DNA of 32,000 bases. Source: a virus. The stretch covers positions 13,749 to 45,748 of IMG/VR virus record IMGVR_UViG_3300045988_122038; one strand, 5' to 3'. Of this stretch, positions 24,166-31,946 are shown one piece after another. The stretch's first letter is position 1; each line of letters starts with the position of its first letter. A program made the translations under genes and the position numbers. Under the pieces are notes generated by a model. The model searched no databases, had not been told where the DNA came from, and saw only the letters and a list, made by a program, of their open reading frames with translations.

Positions 24166-24465
24166 ATGAGACAAGGAACAACACCGACAATTGTTATAAA
24201 TGTTAACAATATAGATTTAAGTGAATTAAAAAGTGTTTACATTACATTTGAGCAAGATGGACATCTTTTAAGAAAAGATATGTCTCAAATTGAAATTGAA
24301 GATGATGAAATTAGAATCACATTAACACAAGAAGAAACACTTAAATTCAAGAAAGGGATAGTTAACGTACAATTAAGAGCTATAACAGAAGATGGATTAG
24401 CGATAGCAAGCTCAATAGCTACAACTACAGTACATAGAATCCTTGATAAGGAAGTGATTACATGA
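24166..24465 (+). CDS. small structural protein (99 aa)
   Basis: ORF track. ATGA-coupled to the next gene. Confidence 0.5.
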   Translation: MRQGTTPTIVINVNNIDLSELKSVYITFEQDGHLLRKDMSQIEIEDDEIRITLTQEETLKFKKGIVNVQLRAITEDGLAIASSIATTTVHRILDKEVIT

Positions 24466-24791
24466 TTTTAATGAATCAAGTTACGTTGGATGTTCAGGAT
24501 GACTCAGAGCAGATTGATATAGAAGTAGATGGAAATAGTGATGATTTGAATTTAGAAGTCAAGGAACAATATGGAGGAGGTACATCCGATTACAACAAGC
24601 TAAAGAACAAGCCGAAATTAAATGGTAGCGAAATCATTGGAGAGGTTGAAGAAATAGACCCAACAGTTCCAACGTGGGCGAAAACGGAAACAAGACCGGT
24701 ATATACTCCGGAAGAGGTTGGAGCTATGGCAGAAGGTTCTGTAACATCTGTATCAACAATCGAACTAGATGAATTATGGAATAGTCTATAG
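24462..24791 (+). CDS. tail-fibre-associated protein (DYNKLKNKP motif)
   Basis: The DYNKLKNKPKLNG motif is common in Gram-positive phage fibre proteins. Confidence 0.5.
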   Translation: MILMNQVTLDVQDDSEQIDIEVDGNSDDLNLEVKEQYGGGTSDYNKLKNKPKLNGSEIIGEVEEIDPTVPTWAKTETRPVYTPEEVGAMAEGSVTSVSTIELDELWNSL

Positions 24792-24802
24792 GAGGAAAAA
24801 TA

Positions 24803-25411
24803 ATGGCTATTGAATATTTAGATAAGAGTGGATTGACGCTCTTAATCAGTAAAATTAAATCGGCGTTAGGTGGGAAAGTTGATGTTGTAAGTGGTAAAGG
24901 CTTATCAACAAATGACTACACAAGCGCAGAAAAGCAAAAGTTAAGTGGTATCGCAAGCGGTGCTCAAGCGAATGTGATTGAGTCTGTAAAGGTAAATGGT
25001 ACGAAATTAACGCCAAGCTCAAAAGCCGTGGATGTTACAGTGCCGACAAAGACATCACAACTTACAAACGATAGTGGGTATCAGACAAAAGCAAATGTAG
25101 ACTCAATCGTTATAGGCAAAGGATATCAAACGCAATCACAAGTACAATCGTTGATTAATTCGGCAGTAGGTAATATTACATCTATTAGATATGAAAAGGT
25201 AACGAGCTTACCTACTACAGGTTCAAATGGTGTGATTTATTTGGTTGCTCATTCACATGGAACACAAGATATTTATGATGAGTATATTTGGCTTTCAGAG
25301 ACAAAGACATATGAAAAGATTGGTAATACAGACATTGATTTATCGGCGTATGTTAAGAGTTCAGAATTAACTGCGATTACTACAAATGATTTAAATACAA
25401 TGTGGGGTTAG
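24803..25411 (+). CDS. tail fibre protein
   Basis: N-terminus YLDKSGLTLLISKIK, plus the motif GKGLSTNDYTSAEKQKLSGI. Confidence 0.6.
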   Translation: MAIEYLDKSGLTLLISKIKSALGGKVDVVSGKGLSTNDYTSAEKQKLSGIASGAQANVIESVKVNGTKLTPSSKAVDVTVPTKTSQLTNDSGYQTKANVDSIVIGKGYQTQSQVQSLINSAVGNITSIRYEKVTSLPTTGSNGVIYLVAHSHGTQDIYDEYIWLSETKTYEKIGNTDIDLSAYVKSSELTAITTNDLNTMWG

Positions 25412-25414
25412 CAT

Positions 25415-25660
25415 ATGGCTTTCGTATTTAAAGACAAAGCTTCTATACAGTGGCTTGTCTCGAAAATAAAGTCTGTAACTACATCACATAATGCTTTGAA
25501 TCAAATGGTTATGAATAACCACTTTACCACCAATTTGAACGCAACAAGTGTTCAAGAATTAGTTGATGAAAAAGGAAACACAATCTTAGCCGATTGGTCT
25601 TATGAAGTAGCAAGTGGGGAAGTCGGCACGGATTGGACATATAAAGTCAAGGAGGAATAA
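25415..25660 (+). CDS. small fibre-module protein (81 aa), mosaic of neighbouring gene ends
   Basis: The N-terminus resembles the N-terminus of the 24803 protein. The C-terminus resembles the C-terminus of the 23249 protein. Confidence 0.5.
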   Translation: MAFVFKDKASIQWLVSKIKSVTTSHNALNQMVMNNHFTTNLNATSVQELVDEKGNTILADWSYEVASGEVGTDWTYKVKEE

Positions 25661-25661
25661 C

Positions 25662-26576
25662 ATGGCAGGAAAACAAGTCACAGAATTAGACGTGTTACCT
25701 AGTTTTACAGATAATAGTTTATTGCCTGTGCATAATGGCGCAGGACTAAAAAAAGGTTTATTATCGCAACTAGCAAATTATTTAGGAAATAAATTCAGTA
25801 ATCCGAATCTATTGATTAATCCGGATTTTAAAATCAATCAAAGAGGGAAAAGCACATACACTGCTGAAAGTGTAATTTATACAGTAGACAGATGGAAAGC
25901 TTGGCACATTACAGCTAACATAGATGAAAACGGATATATTAATATTGCAAATAATGCCTATCAAGATGAAGGAATACTTAGGCAACAATTAGAGAGCGCA
26001 ATTGATGGGCCTTCTACATTATCGTGCTATGTAGAATCAGTAAGTGGAACGGTAAAAATGGAAGAACCCCATAGTAATTCAAAAATAATATTGAAACAAG
26101 GATTAAACATTCTTCATGTAGATGGTAATGCAGATTCATTTAAAATCACACTTGTTCGAGGCAGTAATGTGACTTTAAAGTGGGCTAAATTAGAACAAGG
26201 AAAAGTCGCAACGGCATTTATTGCTCCTAATATGGCAGAAGAGATAACTAAGTGTAAGCGTTATTTTCAAGTATTAAATGTATTTGAAGGGTTTGTTGGT
26301 TCAGTATCATATTGGAATTTATATACGAAATTTTATGTCGGTGCTATGCGTACAACATCACCAACAATTACCGCTAATGTATCATCCGCAACAATTAATT
26401 TAAGTGGAGATAACACGGACAGAAAATTACAACTAGGCAATAGCATTACACCGACAATGTATTTAAACGAATTAATAATCACGCACAAGTCTGCAACAAA
26501 TTTTGGATATAGCGCATTTACTGCTTGTATATTTAGAAGTGCTATCATTTATAATGTAGACGCAGAAATTTATTAG
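25662..26576 (+). CDS. receptor-binding / tail fibre protein (304 aa)
   Basis: The ATG at 25662 lies 6 nt after AAGGAGG. The N-terminus QVTELDVLPSFTDNSLLPVHNG is typical of fibre proteins. Confidence 0.6.
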   Translation: MAGKQVTELDVLPSFTDNSLLPVHNGAGLKKGLLSQLANYLGNKFSNPNLLINPDFKINQRGKSTYTAESVIYTVDRWKAWHITANIDENGYINIANNAYQDEGILRQQLESAIDGPSTLSCYVESVSGTVKMEEPHSNSKIILKQGLNILHVDGNADSFKITLVRGSNVTLKWAKLEQGKVATAFIAPNMAEEITKCKRYFQVLNVFEGFVGSVSYWNLYTKFYVGAMRTTSPTITANVSSATINLSGDNTDRKLQLGNSITPTMYLNELIITHKSATNFGYSAFTACIFRSAIIYNVDAEIY

Positions 26577-26585
26577 GAGGAAGCT

Positions 26586-26933
26586 ATGGAGAACGAATAT
26601 AAAGTATACGTATCCTTACAAGATGGATACATCACATCTATTAATTCAGAAATCTTTTTATCGCAAGAAGAAATCCAAACAATGACAGAAATTGACCAAG
26701 GTCAAGGTGACAAATACGCACATGCACAAAGCCAATATCTAGAAAAAGAATTAGTTGATGAGCACGGAAGATATAACTACAAATTTGTAGAAGGTAAAGT
26801 GGTTGAGGTTGCAGAAGGAGATAAACCAACAATCGAAGAACCAAAAGCAGTACCGACTGAGCAAGATAAGATTAATGCACAATTAATGCTACAGATTGCG
26901 CAGTTAAAAGCTCAAGTGAATGGGGTGAAGTAG
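26586..26933 (+). CDS. hypothetical protein in the XkdW position
   Basis: SD AGGAGG. Lies directly upstream of the XkdX-like ORF. Confidence 0.5.
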   Translation: MENEYKVYVSLQDGYITSINSEIFLSQEEIQTMTEIDQGQGDKYAHAQSQYLEKELVDEHGRYNYKFVEGKVVEVAEGDKPTIEEPKAVPTEQDKINAQLMLQIAQLKAQVNGVK

Positions 26934-26934
26934 T

Positions 26935-27057
26935 ATGAGTTATGAATTAATTAAATCGTATTATGAATTAGGCTTATTTACAAAGAGTGATTTAGAAATG
27001 TTTGCTTCTATTGGTTGGATTAGTGTAGAACAAATTGATTCTATTATTAATAAATAG
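26935..27057 (+). CDS. XkdX-like small phage protein (40 aa), not in ORF track
   Basis: Translation MSYELIKSYYELGLFTKSDLEMFASIGWISVEQIDSIINK fits the XkdX family pattern. Confidence 0.6.
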   Translation: MSYELIKSYYELGLFTKSDLEMFASIGWISVEQIDSIINK

Positions 27058-27068
27058 GTGATGTTTCT

Positions 27069-27362
27069 ATGAGTGGTGAATATCTTAGTGTTATTATTTC
27101 TGCATGCATGCTTGTAATTGCATTTATTACGTATAATCGTGGCACACGCAAGATGGATGGAGAGCAAATATCCAATATGGCATTTTTGAAGAATGAATTA
27201 GAACATATTAAATCTGATTTAAGTGATATTAAAAATTCGATTTCAGAAATAAAAAAAGGAAGCAATTCAATGGAAGTGGAGCTTTCAGAACTAAAACAAC
27301 AAATAAAAACTTTGTTTAATCGTGTAGAAGCGTTGGAGGAACGCAATAAAAATGGATATTAA
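27069..27362 (+). CDS. membrane-anchored coiled-coil protein (N-terminal TM)
   Basis: TM segment LSVIISACMLVIAFITY followed by a heptad-like region. Confidence 0.6.
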   Translation: MSGEYLSVIISACMLVIAFITYNRGTRKMDGEQISNMAFLKNELEHIKSDLSDIKNSISEIKKGSNSMEVELSELKQQIKTLFNRVEALEERNKNGY

Positions 27363-27585
27363 AGATGCAAACAAGAAACTTCAAAATGTAGAAGAAAAAG
27401 TAGATAACATTTATGGTTTTTGTTCAAAATTAATTGATCGAAACTATAAAACAAGTAGAACGATTATTACAGTATTGGTTTTAGTGATTATTGTTCTTTA
27501 TTCTACTATTGTTTGTCGTGGTTATTGGAAAGATGATCATGTGAATAATTGTTCTTGCGAAGCTAATTCAAACCAACGAATTTAA
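27352..27585 (+). CDS. XhlA-like membrane protein (N-terminal coiled coil, C-terminal TM)
   Basis: TM segment IITVLVLVIIVLYSTIV. Lies between the fibre and lysis modules. Confidence 0.5.
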   Translation: MDIKDANKKLQNVEEKVDNIYGFCSKLIDRNYKTSRTIITVLVLVIIVLYSTIVCRGYWKDDHVNNCSCEANSNQRI

Positions 27586-27593
27586 TTAAGGCG

Positions 27594-27827
27594 GTGGTTT
27601 ATATTAACAAAGCTAACAGATTAAAAGAAATACGTCCTAATGATGCATTAATACTTATCAAATCTGTTGGATTAAGAAAGAAATATGAACAGGTTTTGAT
27701 TATGAGATACGTGTATGATATGTCATGCACGGAAATTGCAGATGCATTATGTGTGGAAGTACAAACCATAAGGAACAGAGTATGCAAAGCAAGAAAAATG
27801 TTCGATAAATATGTGAGCAATCTATAA
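27594..27827 (+). CDS. 77-aa sigma-70 region-4-only HTH protein
   Basis: The segment YEQVLIMRYVYDMSCTEIADALCVEVQTIRNRVCKARKMFDKYV fits the region 4.2 pattern. GTG start after 'aaggcggtg'. Confidence 0.6.
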   Translation: MVYINKANRLKEIRPNDALILIKSVGLRKKYEQVLIMRYVYDMSCTEIADALCVEVQTIRNRVCKARKMFDKYVSNL

Positions 27828-27846
27828 TGGTTGCTCATTTTATTTT
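27814..27846 (+). terminator. intrinsic terminator ending the long structural operon
   Basis: TGAGCAA / TTGCTCA stem, 10-nt loop containing the stop codon, then TTTTATTTT. Confidence 0.65.
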
Positions 27847-27925
27847 GGGTATTTTATGAGTATTATTCGAGTATTAAATTATTTATTACGTAAACATATA
27901 ATTAAATCGTAAAGAGGTGGTTGAA

Positions 27926-28366
27926 ATGTATAACAATTATAATCCAGCACAAGCACGAATTGACAGTTTGATGCAGCAAAGACAAATGATAGATCAACAA
28001 ATTCAGCAAGTACAACAGTATGCAAATATTCCACCTATCAACATTAATAATCAGATTACACCACAACAACAAGGCAATTTTGATTTTAATGGAAAATGGG
28101 TGAACGATGAGCAGGAAGCTAGAAACTTTGCGAATGCAAATTTACCAACGATTTTATTTGATAACAATAAATCTATTTTTTATATGAAATCTTTAGATGG
28201 AACATTTAAAAAGTTCAAATTTGAAGAAATTACGGAAGATAATTCTAACAGTATAGAAAATCGTGTAAATGGAATCGAAAAGAAATTAGATGATTTGATA
28301 TGTGCATTAAGCAAACCACCAAAACAAGCTAATGAGCAACAAAAGAAAGGAGCACAAACAAAATGA
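27926..28366 (+). CDS. Gln/Asn-rich protein (146 aa)
   Basis: The ATG at 27926 lies 8 nt after 'agaggtgg'. N-terminus QQRQMIDQQIQQVQQ...TPQQQ. Confidence 0.6.
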   Translation: MYNNYNPAQARIDSLMQQRQMIDQQIQQVQQYANIPPININNQITPQQQGNFDFNGKWVNDEQEARNFANANLPTILFDNNKSIFYMKSLDGTFKKFKFEEITEDNSNSIENRVNGIEKKLDDLICALSKPPKQANEQQKKGAQTK

Positions 28367-28605
28367 ATCCTTTAAAAAGTATTATGGGTAATATGAATCC
28401 AATGAATATGATGAATATGGGAAATCCCCAACAAATGTTAATGAATATGTTGTCGCAGAAAAATCCACAAGCATTTCAACAATTTCAAATGCTTATGAAC
28501 AGTGGTCAAAATCCACAAATGATTTTAAATCAGATGATGGGTAATTTAAATCCACAACAAAAGCAACAACTGCAACAAATGGCAAAACAGTTTGGAATCA
28601 GGTAA
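28363..28605 (+). CDS. Met/Asn/Gln/Pro-rich low-complexity protein (80 aa)
   Basis: ATGA-coupled to the upstream gene. Recurrent NPQ/MN motifs. Confidence 0.6.
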   Translation: MNPLKSIMGNMNPMNMMNMGNPQQMLMNMLSQKNPQAFQQFQMLMNSGQNPQMILNQMMGNLNPQQKQQLQQMAKQFGIR

Positions 28606-28646
28606 CAACGGCTAAACCGTTATTATAGAAAGAAAGGAGAACATAT

Positions 28647-29279
28647 ATGATGGAAAATGGAATGGGAATTCAACCAACTTACAACTTAGCTGAAAGAGAT
28701 GACGGCTTTGGAAACGGCGGAGGTTGGTGGATTTGGATCTTGCTAATCTTCGTATTATTTGGATATGGAGGATATGGAGGATATGGCAACGGAAACCTAG
28801 CAAATGATTCTTTATTAAATGAAGAATTCATTAAACGAGATATTTTTAACACAAACACAAATGTATCTCAAACAGGTTGCCAAACTCAACGAGACGTACT
28901 AGAAAGTCGCTATACTAATCAGTTAGGACTTCAAAACTTGCAAGCTCAGCAACAAGAATGTTGCTGCAACACTCAACGAGCAATTGACAATGTAAATGCT
29001 CAAAGTTTCAAAAATACTTGTGACATTACAACAGCAATTCATTCAGAAGGTGAAGCAACACGTGCGTTGATCAATGCAAACACTATGCAAGAATTACGTG
29101 ATCGTTTAGCTGATCGTGATCGTGATTTATTAACGGCTAATTTCCAATTAAGCCAACAGGCACAATCTGCAAACATCATTAGTACTTTGCAACCAACACC
29201 AAAACCAGCTTACATTACATGTTCACCATATTACGCTTATAACAACGGATGTGGATGTAATGGCTACAACAACTTATAA
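28647..29279 (+). CDS. membrane protein: Gly/Tyr-flanked TM (YjcZ-like), Gln-rich coiled coil, Cys-rich C-terminus
   Basis: SD AAAGGAG. Segments GNGGGWWIWILLIFVLFGYGGYGGYG, ECCCN and CSPYYAYNNGCGCNGYNNL. Confidence 0.65.
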   Translation: MMENGMGIQPTYNLAERDDGFGNGGGWWIWILLIFVLFGYGGYGGYGNGNLANDSLLNEEFIKRDIFNTNTNVSQTGCQTQRDVLESRYTNQLGLQNLQAQQQECCCNTQRAIDNVNAQSFKNTCDITTAIHSEGEATRALINANTMQELRDRLADRDRDLLTANFQLSQQAQSANIISTLQPTPKPAYITCSPYYAYNNGCGCNGYNNL

Positions 29280-29320
29280 TCTAGCACATGTGTGATTAGG
29301 CAATTGCCTTTGGATTTAAT

Positions 29321-29348
29321 GGGATAGTCGAAAGGCTATCCCTATTTT
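29321..29348 (+). terminator. hairpin with a GAAA tetraloop and a short T tract
   Basis: GGGATAGTC-GAAA-GGCTATCCC followed by TATTTTA. Confidence 0.45.
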
Positions 29349-29366
29349 AATAGGAGGATAAAAGAA

Positions 29367-29786
29367 ATGATTAATAGTATTGCTACGGCTGTTCAGACAG
29401 TCGATAATTCAAATAATGTATTATTTCCAACGGACAGAGTAAGGACGAAATCTTGTCAATGTGCATGTAAAGGTTGGCTTGCTCATGATCTAGGAAGTGG
29501 ATTGTTTACACTAACAAAGCCAGGTATCTATGAAGTAACTTATACTGCGGATATTACGAGTGCAGCGGCAGGACAAGCTTCTTTAGTGCTTGAACTAAAC
29601 GGAGAAGCAATTGGTGGAACACAATCTATTTATACTGTTGCAACTGCAAGTGCGTATGGAAATGTAAGCGGAGACACTCTAATTCAAGTTCCATGCGGTG
29701 CATCTTATACAATTGCATTAGCAAATAACAGTGGTTTAGACTTAACAGTCCAAAACGCAAACATCGTTATTAAGAAGATTGCGTAG
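29367..29786 (+). CDS. BclA C-terminal-domain-like (C1q/TNF-like jelly-roll) protein, 139 aa, no collagen region
   Basis: The pattern FTLTKPGIYEVTYTADITSAAAGQASLVLELNGEAIGGT ... ANIVIKKIA parallels my recollection of the B. anthracis BclA C-terminal domain (FVISETGFYKITV...IQVNGVPVPGT...IIIEKVA). Confidence 0.55.
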   Translation: MINSIATAVQTVDNSNNVLFPTDRVRTKSCQCACKGWLAHDLGSGLFTLTKPGIYEVTYTADITSAAAGQASLVLELNGEAIGGTQSIYTVATASAYGNVSGDTLIQVPCGASYTIALANNSGLDLTVQNANIVIKKIA

Positions 29787-29795
29787 GTGAAAAAT

Positions 29796-30269
29796 ATGCA
29801 TAAAGCAATGGAAGTTAATGAGAAGATAATGCATGAGTCAGTAAACATGTTAGAGAAATATGGATATGCAGAATCTTATTTCCATGCATTATCTCAAGCT
29901 TTAGATAATATCAAAGACATTGAAACTATAGAAGCAATGAGAAATAAATATCAAATTGAGATAGGAAAAGATGGAGCTTCAACTGTAGCTCGATTAAAAG
30001 AAGATAATGGTGGATATAATATTCATGATCCAGAAACAGAAGATATTGTTTATAAGCTTGCAGAACATTTGAAAAAATATAAAGCGTTCAAAGAAGAATA
30101 TACGCGTACAAAAGGTGATATGGATTTAGAAAAGTATCATCGTGAATTAGATAAGACTATGAAATGTATGCAACAAATCGTAACTATGATTCATGAATGC
30201 GTTGATTCAGATGAGGAAAAAACAATGATTAAGACACATATTCGAGACATGTTTAATATGTATCAATAA
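29796..30269 (+). CDS. hypothetical helical protein (157 aa)
   Basis: The ATG at 29796 lies 8 nt after AGGTG. The track start is a GTG at 29787. Confidence 0.6.
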   Translation: MHKAMEVNEKIMHESVNMLEKYGYAESYFHALSQALDNIKDIETIEAMRNKYQIEIGKDGASTVARLKEDNGGYNIHDPETEDIVYKLAEHLKKYKAFKEEYTRTKGDMDLEKYHRELDKTMKCMQQIVTMIHECVDSDEEKTMIKTHIRDMFNMYQ

Positions 30270-30295
30270 GGCCGTTAAATACGGTCTTTTATTTT
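30270..30295 (+). terminator. intrinsic terminator after the cassette
   Basis: GGCCGT / ACGGTC stem (one G-U pair), 5-nt loop, then TTTTATTTT. Confidence 0.55.
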
Positions 30296-30308
30296 GTACA
30301 GTGTACAA
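30294..30308. promoter_or_regulatory. perfect palindrome TTGTACAgTGTACAA, copy 2, upstream of the holin gene
   Basis: Exact 19-mer shared with 6594-6612. TATTAT at 30322-30327 has the same 13-nt spacing. Confidence 0.55.
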
Positions 30309-30348
30309 ACGATTTAAATACTATTATTAGGATAGGAGGTATTTGTAA

Positions 30349-30570
30349 ATGAAAAAATATAGTAAAGAATGGTGGATTCAATATGGCTATTATGCAAGTA
30401 TCAGAGCATTAAAGACGATTGCTCAAACTGCTGTTGGTGTTATTGGAGCATCTGCATTATTGGAAGCCGTTGATTGGCGAGTTGTAATTTCGTCAGCGTT
30501 TTTGTCAGGCATCGTCTCGTTGCTGACTAGTATTGGCGGATTACCTGAAATTAGTGTACCGGAGGAATAA
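30349..30570 (+). CDS. holin (two-TM, LL-H / phi-LC3-like)
   Basis: 73 aa. Segments RALKTIAQTAVGVIGA and SAFLSGIVSLLTSIGGLPE. SD AGGAGG. Upstream of the amidase gene. Confidence 0.8.
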   Translation: MKKYSKEWWIQYGYYASIRALKTIAQTAVGVIGASALLEAVDWRVVISSAFLSGIVSLLTSIGGLPEISVPEE

Positions 30571-30572
30571 TA

Positions 30573-30686
30573 ATGAATGATGAAGAAAAAGTAGTAGATT
30601 ATGAGAATCTATCAGAAGAAGCAAAAGAAGAATTAAGCAATGGCAAGGAAGAAGGTGTAGATGAAGAATGTCATATTCCGGATTAG
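30573..30686 (+). CDS. possible 37-aa acidic peptide between holin and endolysin, not in ORF track
   Basis: SD GGAGGA 6 nt upstream. Translation MNDEEKVVDYENLSEEAKEELSNGKEEGVDEECHIPD. Overlaps the endolysin start by 19 nt. Confidence 0.4.
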   Translation: MNDEEKVVDYENLSEEAKEELSNGKEEGVDEECHIPD

Positions 30687-31744
30687 CAACATATTGTAAC
30701 AGAACATCACAACATTATGATGGTCGTTTTGGATATAAGGTTTGTAAAATCACTCCACACTACATGGCTGCGGCATGGAGTGGTAAACAATGTGCAGATT
30801 ATTTTGCACGAAATACTCGTCAAGCATCTTCCAATTATTGTATTGGAATTAATGGAGACATTGCATGCAGTGTTGATGAAGAAAATGCTGCATGGACAAG
30901 TTCAAATTGGTTGAATGATTCTCAATCAATTACAATTGAATGTGGAAACATTAATAACGCAACTGGAGAAATGACGCAAGCTACTTGGGATAGCTTGGTG
31001 AATCTATGTGTTGATATTTGTAAACGATATGGATTTAGATTGAACTATACAGGAAATTCTAGCGGATCATTGACTATGCACAAAATGTTTGCGGCTACAT
31101 CATGCCCTGGAGCATGGTTGGAAGCACGTATGCCACAATTGGCTAATGAAGTAAATGCAAAGTTAGATGGAAAGGTTGAAACACCAAAACCTACAACTCC
31201 AAGTGGAGAAAAATATTCAGTTAATTTACCTATCTGTACAAACACATTGAGTGTGAATTGCTACGGAACTTCTACAGTTAAAAAAGGTGATTGGTCAGGT
31301 GTCATTGGTAGAGTAATTAAAGGAACAAAATATCCATATCGTGTTGATCGTAATGGAGTAGCGATTGGATGGACTAATGATGCTGGTATTGATACAGACC
31401 CTCATGTGCCAGTTGGCGCCACACAGTCTAGCGCAGAAGCTATCGACCAAATTTTGCATGAAGGTAGCTATGTTACATCTGTACATATGAAAATTGGTAA
31501 TCAAGGCTTGAAAAAGATTGGTGATGATTTATGCTGCTACTTGTCTAAATTAGGCGGTTGGTTTCCTATTCGTATGGTAGATAAAGTACCAAATTCAGAT
31601 GGATATAATGACAATGTACTGCATACCACAAATGCAGTAGTCTACGTATCTAGAATCAGAGTCGATGCAGTGAATGTTCAAAAGAATATTGTCAAGATTG
31701 GTGGTGTTTGGGTTGATCCAACACCGTTAACAGAAATTGAATAA
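30668..31744 (+). CDS. endolysin: N-acetylmuramoyl-L-alanine amidase (Amidase_2/PGRP-type) plus C-terminal wall-binding region
   Basis: Segments CKITPHYMAA, ASSNYCIGINGDI, ENAAWTSSNWLNDSQSITIECGN and SCPG. Last phage gene. Confidence 0.9.
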   Translation: MSYSGLATYCNRTSQHYDGRFGYKVCKITPHYMAAAWSGKQCADYFARNTRQASSNYCIGINGDIACSVDEENAAWTSSNWLNDSQSITIECGNINNATGEMTQATWDSLVNLCVDICKRYGFRLNYTGNSSGSLTMHKMFAATSCPGAWLEARMPQLANEVNAKLDGKVETPKPTTPSGEKYSVNLPICTNTLSVNCYGTSTVKKGDWSGVIGRVIKGTKYPYRVDRNGVAIGWTNDAGIDTDPHVPVGATQSSAEAIDQILHEGSYVTSVHMKIGNQGLKKIGDDLCCYLSKLGGWFPIRMVDKVPNSDGYNDNVLHTTNAVVYVSRIRVDAVNVQKNIVKIGGVWVDPTPLTEIE

Positions 31745-31765
31745 AATAAAAAAGCAAAAAAATGT

Positions 31766-31794
31766 TTGACATAATATGGTTTATACTGTATTAT
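31766..31794 (+). promoter_or_regulatory. sigma-A-type promoter candidate upstream of the tRNA
   Basis: TTGACA (31766-31771), 17-nt spacer, TATTAT (31789-31794). Confidence 0.4.
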
Positions 31795-31946
31795 CTTTCT
31801 TGCGTGAAGCAGTGAGGTACATTTTGGGGTACAAAACAACAAAGTGCTATCAAAACACGTAGATAATGTTGTAAATAACATCAAATATCAATTGATATGA
31901 GGTATTTATATAATCCCCTCATCTGCTCCATTTAAAATTAAATATT

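Larger units (their letters stand above)
1..31744. mobile_element. Siphovirus-type phage/prophage segment (early, accessory, cos-type packaging, head, tail, baseplate/fibre, lysis modules); left end lies outside the window
   Basis: Contiguous canonical order HNH-TerS-TerL-portal-protease-capsid-connectors-major tail-G/GT-tape measure-Dit-Tal-fibres-holin-amidase. Genes are densely packed and overlapping. Confidence 0.9.

Noticed and set aside
2120-27917. ORF-track start codons at 2120, 2906, 4525, 10394, 18918, 21288, 25614, 27917 and 29787
   Set aside because: They were replaced by in-frame downstream starts (2162, 2939, 4510, 10403, 18933, 21300, 25662, 27926, 29796). The downstream starts have properly spaced SDs and avoid long overlaps with the preceding genes.
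28761-28787. 9-nt tandem repeat GGATATGGA x3 (possible micro-array or CRISPR-like signal)
   Set aside because: It is in frame and encodes GYGGYGGYG within a supported CDS. No spacer/repeat architecture exists anywhere in the window, so there is no CRISPR array.
7746-30914. Same-strand alternative-frame ORFs (7746-7931, 10686-10928, 11987-12217, 20088-20312, 20982-21167, 30717-30914)
   Set aside because: They are embedded out of frame in TerL, protease, capsid, Tal and endolysin genes. None has an independent SD or a slippery site leading into it.
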